Shown: one piece after another, positions 10,775-20,241 of the stretch
How the letters are laid out: every line of letters starts with the position of its first letter
How positions within the stretch are numbered: position 1 is the stretch's first letter
NCBI GenBank assembly: GCA_910577155.1
Contig: CAJTMS010000005.1
Coordinates: 848-64,847 of the forward strand
Direction of reading: 5' to 3'
Source of the DNA: an uncultured Mailhella sp.
Lineage (GTDB): Bacteria > Desulfobacterota > Desulfovibrionia > Desulfovibrionales > Desulfovibrionaceae
DNA: 64,000 nucleotides
Notes under the pieces: model-generated
Database searches by the model: none
Told to the model about the DNA's origin: nothing
What the model saw: only the letters and a program-made list of their open reading frames with translations
Position numbers and translations under genes: made by a program

Positions 10775-12707
10775 GGTGACTGTTTGATGATGCAGTACTT
10801 TGTGCTGTCTTTTTGCGTCTTCTGCAGGCGTAAACAGTAATGAAAGGTGCTAGGCTCATAATGGTTCCCCCAATCCAAAGCCAGTTTACAAGGGGGTGGA
10901 CGGATAAGCGCATAACAGCACGGGTTTTCTCGTCAAGTCCTAAGAAGGTTGCATAAAATTCTTTGCCAAGGGAGAAAATCGTACTTGCTTCAGCATAGGC
11001 ATTTTGGGGAAAACTTGCATAAATACGGCGCTGTGCCTGTGTAATGCCTATTTTTTTTCCGTCTTTCATCACAAGAAGTTCTGCTTCCAAAAAGTCGTAG
11101 CGTCCGTTTTGTTCGCGTCCTTCGTAGAGTTCATTGAGCTTGACGGTAAATGTATCTATTTGTATTTCTTGTCCTTTTTCAAGAGCAACTTCCTTTTCCA
11201 CTTTATAGGGACCGGAAAATGCTACACCAAGCGCCATAATGGCAAAACTGATATGGACAAGGATAGGGGAAAGCTTATAAAAGGGATATTTGAGAACAGC
11301 AAAGAATAAAATCCAGCTCACTATGCAGGCAAGAGAAAGACTTGCGGCAATAAGAGCGGTTGGTTCCCTGACTGCAAAAACACTCCAGAAAATTCCCATA
11401 AACGCGATAAATGTGACAAGGACAACAAGGAAGTTTTTTGTATGGCTAAGTCCTTGCTGCCATGAAATCCATGGGGCAAATGCAGCTAGAGCAAGGATAA
11501 CCGTAAGCAAGGGCAAAATAATGCTGTTATAGAAATTAGCCTGTAATCCCACAGGGTTGGCAGACCATAATTTGCTGATGACAGGCCAAAGCGTTGCAAA
11601 GCCGATGATAATGCTGATGGTGATAAGAACAACAGCACCGGAAAGCAGGAAGCCTTCTTTTGTTTCCAGTCCACTGAAAGGTGTTCCCTTGTTTGGCATT
11701 TGCAAAACAACGGCAAAGGCAACAAGCGCTGTTCCGATGACAAAGTTTAACAGCATGGGACCAACTCCGCCGGAGCCAAAGGCATGGACAGAATCAACCA
11801 CATTGCCGCGCACAAGCCATGTTGCAAAAAAGGCAGAAATACAGGTCAGAGCCATGAAAAGCGTATGGAAGCGCTGGGCTTTATTTCTGTATTGCTCAAT
11901 AAAGCCGAAATGTATGGCAGCAGTGCCGAAGAACCAAGGAATAGTCGAGGCATTTTCCACCGGGTCCCATGCCCAATAGCCGCCCCAGCCAAGTTCCATA
12001 TATGCCCACCATGCACCAAGGACAATACCTGCGGTCAGCAGGAGCCATGCAATGAGGATAATGGGTTTAGTGCAGATATGCCAAGCCATTTCTTCCTGAG
12101 CAGTATTGTTGTTTTGGGAAAGAGCCTGTGCCAGAGCAAGACAGGCCGGAATAGTAAAGCCGCCGTAACCAAGCAGCAAAAGGGGCGGGTGGAAAATCAT
12201 GCCCGGGTTTTGCAAAAGAGGGTTTAATCCCCGTCCGTCTGATGGAGCAGGGTTTAATATTTCAAAAGGATTATTATGGGTTGTCAATAATGCCCCGAAA
12301 AAAGCAAGAATAACAAAATAGAAAAGCAAATACCAAATTCTGGTTTCAAGGCTCAGACTTTTGTAACTTTCCGTGCTTTGGAAATAGGCACCGCAAAGAA
12401 CAAGGCATAAAGCCCAAAAAAGCAGAGAACCTGCCTGTCCTCCCCAAAACGCGGTGAGCCGATAAAAGAGGGGCAGGGAAAGATCGCTGTAATCATGGAC
12501 ATATTTTATACTGAAATCATAGCTCCAAAAACCGAAAAAGAGTATGCAGGATGCAACAACATAACAAAGGGTAATAATGATGTTGATGTTTTCCAAAAGC
12601 CCAATGGAATAGGCTTTTGCTTTATACAGTTGGAGAATGCAGTAAAGGGACCCCGCAACCGCAAGGGTGAGGGAAAGTATCATAAGAACGTGTGCTAATG
12701 GTGTCAT
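10767..12707 (-). CDS. ccmF: cytochrome c-type biogenesis protein CcmF
   Basis: 646-aa polytopic protein with the WWD motif WGGYWAWDPVENAS. Confidence 0.92.
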   Translation of the reverse strand: MTPLAHVLMILSLTLAVAGSLYCILQLYKAKAYSIGLLENINIIITLCYVVASCILFFGFWSYDFSIKYVHDYSDLSLPLFYRLTAFWGGQAGSLLFWALCLVLCGAYFQSTESYKSLSLETRIWYLLFYFVILAFFGALLTTHNNPFEILNPAPSDGRGLNPLLQNPGMIFHPPLLLLGYGGFTIPACLALAQALSQNNNTAQEEMAWHICTKPIILIAWLLLTAGIVLGAWWAYMELGWGGYWAWDPVENASTIPWFFGTAAIHFGFIEQYRNKAQRFHTLFMALTCISAFFATWLVRGNVVDSVHAFGSGGVGPMLLNFVIGTALVAFAVVLQMPNKGTPFSGLETKEGFLLSGAVVLITISIIIGFATLWPVISKLWSANPVGLQANFYNSIILPLLTVILALAAFAPWISWQQGLSHTKNFLVVLVTFIAFMGIFWSVFAVREPTALIAASLSLACIVSWILFFAVLKYPFYKLSPILVHISFAIMALGVAFSGPYKVEKEVALEKGQEIQIDTFTVKLNELYEGREQNGRYDFLEAELLVMKDGKKIGITQAQRRIYASFPQNAYAEASTIFSLGKEFYATFLGLDEKTRAVMRLSVHPLVNWLWIGGTIMSLAPFITVYACRRRKKTAQSTASSNSHHE

Positions 12708-12737
12708 AATGTTTTGTAAAATCCGTGTAAAATGGCG

Positions 12738-13154
12738 TTAGGCGTTTTTTTCTCTATTTTCTTTCTGGTATTTGGAAGGACATTTTGTCATAAGGGTTTT
12801 TGCCGTAAAAACAGTCCCTTGCATGGATCCTTCAATAATTACTTCAGAACCGTTGGTAAAGGTATCAGGAACAACCCCTTTATACGTGACATGAATAGTC
12901 TGGGCTTTGTTTTCATAATCCTCAAGGAGGAAACTTGCACCCAGTCCGTCCTGAGGGCGTTCGATACTTTCGTTGGCAACAGTCCCGAAAATTCTGGCAG
13001 AAAGAGGCGTCTGGGCTTGCTCTTTGGCTAAGGCTTCGGAAACATTAAGGAAATAGACGCTGTTTTGAGAAACTCCTGACCAAACCATATATCCGATACC
13101 GAAAGCAAAGAGGAGAAAAGCGACAATAAAAAGGGATGATGATTTTTTTGCCAT
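12738..13154 (-). CDS. ccmE: heme chaperone CcmE, CxxxY variant
   Basis: TM anchor plus OB-fold sequence (VYFLNVSEAL..., RIFGTV..., SEVIIEGS). The C-terminal heme-binding motif reads CPSKY (12768-12782) instead of HxxxY. I chose the ATG at 13154 over the TTG at 13190. Confidence 0.88.
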   Translation of the reverse strand: MAKKSSSLFIVAFLLFAFGIGYMVWSGVSQNSVYFLNVSEALAKEQAQTPLSARIFGTVANESIERPQDGLGASFLLEDYENKAQTIHVTYKGVVPDTFTNGSEVIIEGSMQGTVFTAKTLMTKCPSKYQKENREKNA

Positions 13155-13201
13155 AGTAAACCTTTTTTGCGATAGTTTATTGTGTTTCAACGTGTTTAAT
13201 C

Positions 13202-13230
13202 ACTATACAATAAAATAGTTTTATAAGCAA
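13202..13230 (-). promoter_or_regulatory. candidate sigma70-type promoter of the ccm operon
   Basis: Minus strand: TTGCTT (13230-13225), 17 nt, TATAGT (13207-13202). The implied transcription start is downstream of the TTG at 13190, which supports the ATG at 13154 as the ccmE start. Confidence 0.4.
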
Positions 13231-13257
13231 GTAGGAATTATTCTTATTAAGAAAAAT

Positions 13258-14439
13258 TTATAAAATAAACATGGCATCGCCGTAAGAAAAGAAACGATAC
13301 TTGGCAGTTACAGCATGTTTATAGGCCTGCATGACATGTTCATAGCCCGCAAAGGCAGAAACAAGCATAATCAGGGAAGATTTAGGAAGGTGAAAATTGG
13401 TGAGAAGCCCATTGACAAGGTGAAATTGTTTTCCCGGATAGAGAAAAATATTGGTGTAACCAAAACAGCCATGGGCGGGGAAAGGCGTATTGTCCAGTCT
13501 CTCACTGTCTTCATAGCAGAAAAAAGTGTTTGCTGCTTCTTTTTTTGCCTGTATAAATGCCTCAGCCATTCCCTCAAGGCTGCGCGTACTTGTGGTTCCC
13601 ACGGCAATGACAGGGCGATTTTCTGCTTTTGCCCTGTTAACAGCGGAGGCTGTTTGGGCTGAAATCTCCACGTATTCGGAGTGCATGGCATGGTCACGGA
13701 TATCCTCTGCCCGCACAGGGCTAAACGTGCCGTAGCCGACATGCAGGGTTATTTCTTCCCACGAACAACCTTTATCAAGCAAGAGTTGCTGTATTTCAGG
13801 GGTAAAATGCAGTCCGGCCGTGGGGGCGGCAATGGAGCCTATATGATTTTCTTTGGCATAAACAGTTTGGTAGCGCGTAATATCATTTTCCTGTATGCCT
13901 TGCTCCCTTTTTATGTATGGTGGAAGCGGCAGGCTTCCGTATTTTTTCAGCAGGGGGATGAGGCTGTTTTGATAGGAAATTTCAACAATATGTTTGCCAA
14001 AGTCATGGCGTTCCAAAACAGTGACGTTCATTTCCGGAAATTGCAGTGTTTCACCCATTTTGACCCGTTTTGCTCCTTTGAGCAATACTTCGGTACGGGC
14101 TAGACGCAGGGCAGTATCATGCTGAGCATTTTTGCCGATGAGAGCCTTTTTTTCAATAAGTGGTGCCGGTTCCAGAAAAAGCATTTCTATTTTGCTTCCG
14201 CTTTGGCGATGTCCTTGGATTCGGGCAGGAATGACTTTGGAATTATTGGCAATAATCAGGGCGTTATCAGGAATAAGATCAACAATATTTTCAAAAGAAT
14301 AATCCGTATACGCCCCTGTTTGCCGGTCAAGAAAAAGCAAACGGGAATGATCCCTTTTGTCGGCAGGGCATTGGGCTATCCGTTCTTCAGGCAAAAAATA
14401 ATCGTAACTTTCTAAAAGAAAAAGGTTTTTATCGTTCAT
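13258..14439 (-). CDS. queA: S-adenosylmethionine:tRNA ribosyltransferase-isomerase
   Basis: YDYFLPEERIAQCPADKRDHSRLL..., AAPTAGLHFT and VGTTSTRSLE are canonical QueA. Confidence 0.93.
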   Translation of the reverse strand: MNDKNLFLLESYDYFLPEERIAQCPADKRDHSRLLFLDRQTGAYTDYSFENIVDLIPDNALIIANNSKVIPARIQGHRQSGSKIEMLFLEPAPLIEKKALIGKNAQHDTALRLARTEVLLKGAKRVKMGETLQFPEMNVTVLERHDFGKHIVEISYQNSLIPLLKKYGSLPLPPYIKREQGIQENDITRYQTVYAKENHIGSIAAPTAGLHFTPEIQQLLLDKGCSWEEITLHVGYGTFSPVRAEDIRDHAMHSEYVEISAQTASAVNRAKAENRPVIAVGTTSTRSLEGMAEAFIQAKKEAANTFFCYEDSERLDNTPFPAHGCFGYTNIFLYPGKQFHLVNGLLTNFHLPKSSLIMLVSAFAGYEHVMQAYKHAVTAKYRFFSYGDAMFIL

Positions 14440-14444
14440 AATAG

Positions 14445-15125
14445 TTAAAAAATATAGTTTTTTACAAGAAAAAAGACAATGGGAACAAGCAGAGAAGGTA
14501 AAAGATTAAGGGTTTTGCTGTCTTTTATTTGCAGGATACTGAGCCCGGATGCAGCAATTAAAATTCCTCCCACAAGGGAAAGCTCATTTAATAAATCCCC
14601 CTGTAAAAAACCGGAAAGGCTTAATGCCGCGAGATAAAGAGAGCCCTGCCATAAAAAAAGTACGGCGGCAGCAAGCATAATTCCATAGCCGTAAGCGGAA
14701 GAAAGCACAATGGAAGTAATAAAATCAAGCGTTGCATTGGTATATAAAAACGTATTATTTCCATTTAACGCACTTTCAACAGGTCCTAAAATTGAAAGTG
14801 TCCCGATACAGAAAATTAAAATCGCAGTGGAAAGCCCTTTGCCCAGATGTCCATGCCCAGAGCGGGCTGCCAGCCTATGAAAATTATCGTCAATATTGAA
14901 ATACGTGCCCAAACCGGAGCCAAGGGCAAGGCTGACAATAAAAAGCACAGGATACTGTGTTTTGGGCATGGTATGCACAACGGCATTAATCCCGATAAAA
15001 AGAGCTGCAAGCCCCATGGCTACAAACAGACAGTCCTGAATTTTTGTCGGCAAGGCTTTTTTTACCGTTCCGCCGATGAGTGAACCGAGAATAATACCAC
15101 TGACATTTGCTATGGTTCCGAGCAT
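14445..15125 (-). CDS. DUF554-family membrane protein
   Basis: MLGTIANVSGIILGSLIGG... in a 226-aa polytopic protein, typical of the YdfK/YqgA family. Confidence 0.75.
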   Translation of the reverse strand: MLGTIANVSGIILGSLIGGTVKKALPTKIQDCLFVAMGLAALFIGINAVVHTMPKTQYPVLFIVSLALGSGLGTYFNIDDNFHRLAARSGHGHLGKGLSTAILIFCIGTLSILGPVESALNGNNTFLYTNATLDFITSIVLSSAYGYGIMLAAAVLFLWQGSLYLAALSLSGFLQGDLLNELSLVGGILIAASGLSILQIKDSKTLNLLPSLLVPIVFFLVKNYIF

Positions 15126-15252
15126 AAAAACCTCTCAATGCGAAGAAAACAGAGTAGAAAAAAGAGCATGAAAAAGCAAGAAAAATATGATGCAGGGAAA
15201 AGCAAAAAAAAAAGACAAAAGAATACACCGGAAAATTGGAAAGAGAGAAAAA

Positions 15253-16083
15253 TTATATTTCCTGACTGCGCTTTCTGTTTGCCATAACCTGAAAGACCCA
15301 GTTAGAAAGAGGAGGAATGCCGTTATCGTCCGGAATACTGTTCCATGTGCTGTAATTTTCCAAATATGCCCAGCGGATAAATCGTATCCCCATGGAATAC
15401 CATTCGGGATTTTGGGCATTTCTGGCATAGCGTCTGACAGTGGAAAGCATGGAAAGACAAAGAGGCTCTTTCTTTTCATACGGGAAAATTCCGGTAAGAA
15501 GGAGTTTGGAGCCTTCTTTGAGCTTTTTGGAAATGGGCGCTTCACCGTTAATCAGGAAAAGCATGCCGCCTGTTGAGAGGTCGACAATGTCGAAATCTTC
15601 ATCTTGAATGGCGACCCATTGCAATTGATCACTGTTTTCACCGTGGCTTTCAACCCAGATCTTGAGATTGGGAATTTCTCGTTTCGTAATGGGAATCCGG
15701 ACACAGTTGCGGCGCTGAGAATGCCCGATATAATGGGGTATTGCAATATCAATGAAAAATAAACTATTGTGCACAAAACTGTTTTTTATGCCGCTGATAA
15801 AATTGCAGGGAACCTGTTTACCTTCTTTTTCAATATAAAAAAGAAGAGATGCTTCTGCATTTTGAGGAATTTTAATTTCTTGTTTTGTTTGGATAAAAAG
15901 GCGGACAATGGATTTATTATGGTCAATGCAATAGACACGAACCTGATGGATAGTTTTTCCTTCGTGGATAATATCAACATAAATGAGTGTCTTATGTGCC
16001 TGCGCATAACTGAGGGTACTATGTATGCTTTTTGTACTTTGCTCAGATACGGAAACAACCATTTTATTTAATGATGATGTCAT
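15253..16083 (-). CDS. PilZ-domain c-di-GMP receptor (YcgR-like two-domain layout)
   Basis: RxxxR motif (SQRRNCVRIPI) and D-x-S-x-x-G motif (DIVDLSTGGM) in the C-terminal half. The N-terminal beta-rich domain resembles PilZN. Confidence 0.75.
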   Translation of the reverse strand: MTSSLNKMVVSVSEQSTKSIHSTLSYAQAHKTLIYVDIIHEGKTIHQVRVYCIDHNKSIVRLFIQTKQEIKIPQNAEASLLFYIEKEGKQVPCNFISGIKNSFVHNSLFFIDIAIPHYIGHSQRRNCVRIPITKREIPNLKIWVESHGENSDQLQWVAIQDEDFDIVDLSTGGMLFLINGEAPISKKLKEGSKLLLTGIFPYEKKEPLCLSMLSTVRRYARNAQNPEWYSMGIRFIRWAYLENYSTWNSIPDDNGIPPLSNWVFQVMANRKRSQEI

Positions 16084-16121
16084 GATACTATATTTTATTT
16101 AAGTCTGAAAAAAATGTCAAG

Positions 16122-17372
16122 TTATATGATTGTTATTTTGCCATATTTTCCGTCAAATCCACAGATTTTTTGGAGAGAATGAGAACGCATTTTAGAAAGC
16201 GCCTCGGCTAGAGCAAAATCTGTTTTTGATATTTGTTCTATCGGCACATTTTGTAAAATATTGAGTTCTGAACCGAATAATTTAATATATTTTTCATAAA
16301 GAGCGTGAATTTGTTTGCTTTTTGTCCCGACATGGTACACTTCGGAAAGTATTTCTTTGAGCGGAATACAGGATTCAAATCGGATTTCCGGAAGAGGGGC
16401 TTCCTTTCTGTCCGCTAACTCTTTTACCCTGCTGTAAACCCCAATGGTGAGGGGTTTGCCGCAGACGGGGCAAAGGTTGTTATGCTTTTTGCTTTCTTCC
16501 GGCAGAAAGCAAATATTGCAGTTTCTGTGTCCGTCTGCAAAATATTTTCCTTCTTCAGGGTAAAATTCTACTGTTCCGCAAAAAAGATTATTTTTCTTTT
16601 TGAGTGCATCAAACAAACTTTGGTATGTCGGGGCAGAATGGAAAATATTTACTTCCCGCCCGAGGTTTTCTCCGGAATGAGCGTCAGAATTGGAAATAAG
16701 CGTATAGCTGTCAAGGGCTGACCACAGCTTGTTCATAGGAGGATCGGAGGAAAGCCCTGTTTCCAGTGCAAAAATTTCTGTTGTTAACTCTTCAAAACAA
16801 TCTTCAAGATGATTAAAACCTGATTTTGAGCCAAAAACAGAAAACCACGGCGTCCAGATATGCGCCGGGATAAGATAATTGGGATTTTTTACATCTGAAA
16901 CCGTAAGGAGTATTTCCAGAAGAATTTTTGCATCAAGTCCCAGTATAGGGCGTCCGTCAGCGGATAAATTCCCAATCCGTGCAAGTCTGGCATTCAGTTT
17001 TTTCGCTGCTTCTATGTGAGGGACAAAAATGAGTTGGTGATTTTTGCGTGTTGCTCCCAGTTTTTTATAAATACAGCTGATTTCTCCCTGAAGAATAAAC
17101 TGCGGACTGAAAGAAACAGTTTCCACATGGATATTGGTTTGCGTTAAAATATCATGGGGATGAAGAGGATTTTTTAATTGATAAAATCCCGTTTGTTCAT
17201 TATATACAAGTTCATCGGCAATTTCCTGCAGCCATATTGGGTGCGTGATATCACCCGTGCCTATAAGGTGGATACCTTTGATATATGCATAGCTTGCAAG
17301 GTTTCTCAGGGTGAGATTTTTGGATGTTGCCCGTGAAAACCTCGAGTGTATATGTAAATCTGCGCGAAACAT
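16122..17372 (-). CDS. endonuclease Q-like PHP-domain nuclease (TIGR00375 family)
   Basis: Collinear with archaeal EndoQ: DLHIHSRFSRATSK, GTGD, GRP, PAHIWTPW, LETGLSSD, SNSDAHSGENLGRE, Zn-ribbon CPVCGKPLTIGV, ELADR and C-terminal FDGKYGKI. Confidence 0.7.
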   Translation of the reverse strand: MFRADLHIHSRFSRATSKNLTLRNLASYAYIKGIHLIGTGDITHPIWLQEIADELVYNEQTGFYQLKNPLHPHDILTQTNIHVETVSFSPQFILQGEISCIYKKLGATRKNHQLIFVPHIEAAKKLNARLARIGNLSADGRPILGLDAKILLEILLTVSDVKNPNYLIPAHIWTPWFSVFGSKSGFNHLEDCFEELTTEIFALETGLSSDPPMNKLWSALDSYTLISNSDAHSGENLGREVNIFHSAPTYQSLFDALKKKNNLFCGTVEFYPEEGKYFADGHRNCNICFLPEESKKHNNLCPVCGKPLTIGVYSRVKELADRKEAPLPEIRFESCIPLKEILSEVYHVGTKSKQIHALYEKYIKLFGSELNILQNVPIEQISKTDFALAEALSKMRSHSLQKICGFDGKYGKITII

Positions 17373-17392
17373 AGTTTAACCTGAAAACGTAT

Positions 17393-17421
17393 TTGCATGA
17401 GTATAAAAAACTGCGTATACT
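17393..17421 (+). promoter_or_regulatory. candidate sigma70-type promoter of the methyltransferase operon
   Basis: TTGCAT (17393-17398), 17 nt, TATACT (17416-17421), 28 nt before the ATG at 17450. Confidence 0.4.
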
Positions 17422-17449
17422 TTTGCAAGATGTGATTTGCTGAGGCCAT

Positions 17450-18229
17450 ATGGATTTTTATCAACCGGAAGGAAGCTATCGCTTTAGTTCTGATGCTGTA
17501 TGCATGGCACGTTTTGCCTGCAGTCTGATTTTGGATGAACTGCAAAAGAAAAAGCCGCTCAAGAAGTCTTTTGAACCGTATTTAATAATGGATATTGGCT
17601 GTGGCTGCGGAGTCATCGGTATTCTTATCCTGCAATTTTTTAAAGAATTATATCCGGAATTTTATCCGTATCTTCACATTGTAGGCATTGAAAAAGAGGA
17701 AGAACTCTATCAGGCGGCAAAATATAATGCCCGTATTTTTGCCCATGAGAAAAATTATTTTGCCGTGCAGGCGGATATTTTTCAAAAAGAAAGTGTGGGA
17801 CTGGTGCAAAAGTTTGTGCTGGAAACGGTTTTTCTTGATAGGCTCCCCGCCTTGCAAAGACAGGACGGAGGCATTTTGAAAAATCCCCGTTTATTTGATA
17901 TGGTAATCACAAATCCTCCATGGTATCGGGCAGAAAGCAAGCTCCACAGCGTTTTTGCCTTGAGAAATAAAGCTTTATTTGGAAACGAAAATGTGTTAGA
18001 AATGTTTTTTGCCTTTGGTGAAAAGTTTTTGAAAAAAAATGCATCCTTGATAACAGTCGCCAAGAGTGCGTGTTTTATGGATTTTGTGCATGCCATGCCC
18101 GAAAAAATCCGGTTAGTCGCCATGCAGTCTGTCCATAAGCCTTTATATAAAAAAGCAATTTTCTTTGTGCTGCAGGGGAAATTCCAAAGTAAAGCCGTTT
18201 TTGAAATTTTTGCTCCAACAACGCTCTAA
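17450..18229 (+). CDS. class I SAM-dependent N6-adenine methyltransferase, TrmN6/YfiC-like
   Basis: Motif I MDIGCGCGVIG and catalytic NPPW (ITNPPWY). The layout resembles tRNA m6A37 methyltransferase. Confidence 0.7.
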   Translation: MDFYQPEGSYRFSSDAVCMARFACSLILDELQKKKPLKKSFEPYLIMDIGCGCGVIGILILQFFKELYPEFYPYLHIVGIEKEEELYQAAKYNARIFAHEKNYFAVQADIFQKESVGLVQKFVLETVFLDRLPALQRQDGGILKNPRLFDMVITNPPWYRAESKLHSVFALRNKALFGNENVLEMFFAFGEKFLKKNASLITVAKSACFMDFVHAMPEKIRLVAMQSVHKPLYKKAIFFVLQGKFQSKAVFEIFAPTTL

Positions 18230-18246
18230 GCTGGAAAGGAAAATAT

Positions 18247-19017
18247 ATGAGTTTGGAAAACTATCGGGAAATTGTTGCAATACCGCGTTTGCATGAAGAA
18301 TTTTCAGAAAATGATCGTGCCAAGGTACTTGATCCGACTATGAAAAACAGCGGGAAAAATACCAAGGTGTATATTCCTTCCCCTGCTTTTTGCTGGGATA
18401 CGGCGCATGCCCTGCAGTATTTAAAAGATTTGCAGGAAAATACTGCTCAGCTGGCAAAGGAAAAAAATACCTCACTGCTTGACAGACTAGCTTTCCAAAG
18501 CCAAAATTCACAGGCATTGACAGCCGATGATCTGCAGGCATTACAGGAATTTTCCGGGAAAAATGCAGAAGAAAATCCCGAAAATCAGCTTTTTGAACGT
18601 GCCCAGCGCATGCTCCTTATTGCCTATTATAATGAGAGCTTATATTTGGAACTTGCACAGGTAAATAAAGCCTTGGCAAAACAGCAGGAAAAGCTCAAGT
18701 CTTTGCTTGATGAAAATGAACATGTGAAGCAAAATGCGTATTCCATGGATGATGTTCTTCTTTCATGGAAACAAATTTTGCCGGCTTTTATGCTCTATAC
18801 GCAGGAAGTGTCGGCGTATTTTGTCAATGATGCAGCCATGGCAGAAGAAATCGCTTGTCTGGCAAAAGAAAAGATTGAAGAAGAAAACTCTTTTTGTTAT
18901 GCAGTGGATAAAGATGTTTTAGCCCGTTTTATAGGAAAAGAGTTTCTTCCTTACTGTAAAAAAAATCAGTACCGCTTTATTGCGAACAAAGAGCAACGTG
19001 AGGGTAGTTATGAGTAG
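18247..19017 (+). CDS. hypothetical protein
   Basis: 256-aa ORF with no overlapping competitor. It is translationally linked to flanking genes. No motif recognised. Confidence 0.55.
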   Translation: MSLENYREIVAIPRLHEEFSENDRAKVLDPTMKNSGKNTKVYIPSPAFCWDTAHALQYLKDLQENTAQLAKEKNTSLLDRLAFQSQNSQALTADDLQALQEFSGKNAEENPENQLFERAQRMLLIAYYNESLYLELAQVNKALAKQQEKLKSLLDENEHVKQNAYSMDDVLLSWKQILPAFMLYTQEVSAYFVNDAAMAEEIACLAKEKIEEENSFCYAVDKDVLARFIGKEFLPYCKKNQYRFIANKEQREGSYE

Positions 19018-19708
19018 CTGCAGCGATTGCATGGATTTAAATTTTATTATTCATTATATTAAAGATAACTGCAAAGGTGTTCCGAAAGGGATTATTTTTG
19101 ATTGTGACGGTGTTTTGATTGACTCTGTGGAAGCCAATATGGCGTTTTATAATATGATACGTAAAAAATTAGGCTTGCCGGAACTCAATGCCGAGCAAAG
19201 GGAATACTGCCAAATGAGCACTGCCGCTCAGGCGCTTGAATATATTACGCCGAGTGCTTTAAAGTCACAAATGCATGAAGTTGTGCGGGAAGTTTCCTAT
19301 GCCCGCGATATTGAACCTATGATACAGGCTTCTGAAAATTTTGTACCTTTTTTAAAAACCATTGCCGGGAAATTTTTATTGGGTATCCATACCAACAGAA
19401 CAGGTCCCATTGATTATATGTTAAACAGGCTCGATATGGGGGGATACTTCGATCCTATTATGACTGTCCGTTATTGTGAGCCAAAACCCTCACCGGACGG
19501 TGCCCAAAAAATTTTAGCCCAATGGAAAATACAGCCCCATGAGGCGCTTTTTATCGGGGACAGCATTATGGATATGCAGGCGGCAAGAGGGGCGAATATT
19601 CCTTTTCTTTCCTACCGCAATGAAAGAATAATGGAAGACGGAACATGCTGTGATTTTGCCTTGCTGGAAAAGGCGTTAATGTTCTTGTATAATGAAAAAA
19701 ATGCATAG
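19010..19708 (+). CDS. HAD-superfamily hydrolase
   Basis: HAD motif I FDCDGVLIDS, motif III K, and motif IV GDSIMDMQAA. The ATG at 19010 overlaps the upstream stop and follows GAGGGTAG. Confidence 0.8.
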   Translation: MSSCSDCMDLNFIIHYIKDNCKGVPKGIIFDCDGVLIDSVEANMAFYNMIRKKLGLPELNAEQREYCQMSTAAQALEYITPSALKSQMHEVVREVSYARDIEPMIQASENFVPFLKTIAGKFLLGIHTNRTGPIDYMLNRLDMGGYFDPIMTVRYCEPKPSPDGAQKILAQWKIQPHEALFIGDSIMDMQAARGANIPFLSYRNERIMEDGTCCDFALLEKALMFLYNEKNA

Positions 19709-19813
19709 GGTTAAAAATATTTTTCTTTACAAATAAAAATTTTTCGCGTAAACGTGTCGAAAACGTATTAGCTAACTCATGTCAGGTTTTTCTGGCATTG
19801 GAGGAGGAACACT

Positions 19814-20176
19814 TTGACACCTGATGATTTAGAATTTTTCAAAAAACTGCTTGATCAAATGCTTATTGAAGCACAGCAAAACGGTGATTCTACATTAGAG
19901 GATTTGACCGAAAGTCCAAGCAGTTACGCTGACCCTACTGACAGAGCTTCCGTTGAATCAGATCGTTCCTTTACATTGCGTATACGGGATAGAGAGCGTA
20001 AGCTCATCCACAAAATTTATGATGCACAACAACGTATTGAAAGCGGAACATACGGAATTTGCGAGGAATGCGGTGAAGAAATCGGTTTTGCAAGGCTCAA
20101 GGCAAGACCGGTAACAACGCTTTGTGTGGATTGTAAAGCCCGCCAGGAAGAAGGTGAAGATATCCAAGGCAGCTAA
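19814..20176 (+). CDS. dksA: DksA/TraR-family C4 zinc-finger regulator
   Basis: CEECGEEI...CVDCK zinc finger after a coiled-coil region. TTG start preceded by GGAGGAGG. Confidence 0.85.
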   Translation: MTPDDLEFFKKLLDQMLIEAQQNGDSTLEDLTESPSSYADPTDRASVESDRSFTLRIRDRERKLIHKIYDAQQRIESGTYGICEECGEEIGFARLKARPVTTLCVDCKARQEEGEDIQGS

Positions 20177-20196
20177 TCCTGAACAGCTAAAAATAT

Positions 20197-20231
20197 AAAG
20201 TTCTTTTATTTCGGTAAAAGAACTTTTTTTT
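20197..20231 (+). terminator. intrinsic terminator after dksA
   Basis: A 12-bp stem AAAGTTCTTTTA/TAAAAGAACTTT with a 6-nt loop, followed by a T-run. Confidence 0.6.
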
Positions 20232-20241
20232 ATGAGAGAAT

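Noticed and set aside
15126-15252. A 127-nt spacer between the PilZ and DUF554 genes is roughly four-fifths purine on the plus strand by hand count, and therefore CU-rich on the mRNA strand.
   Set aside because: It is low-complexity sequence with no defined repeat unit, stem or motif. It is most simply an A-rich UTR or promoter spacer.
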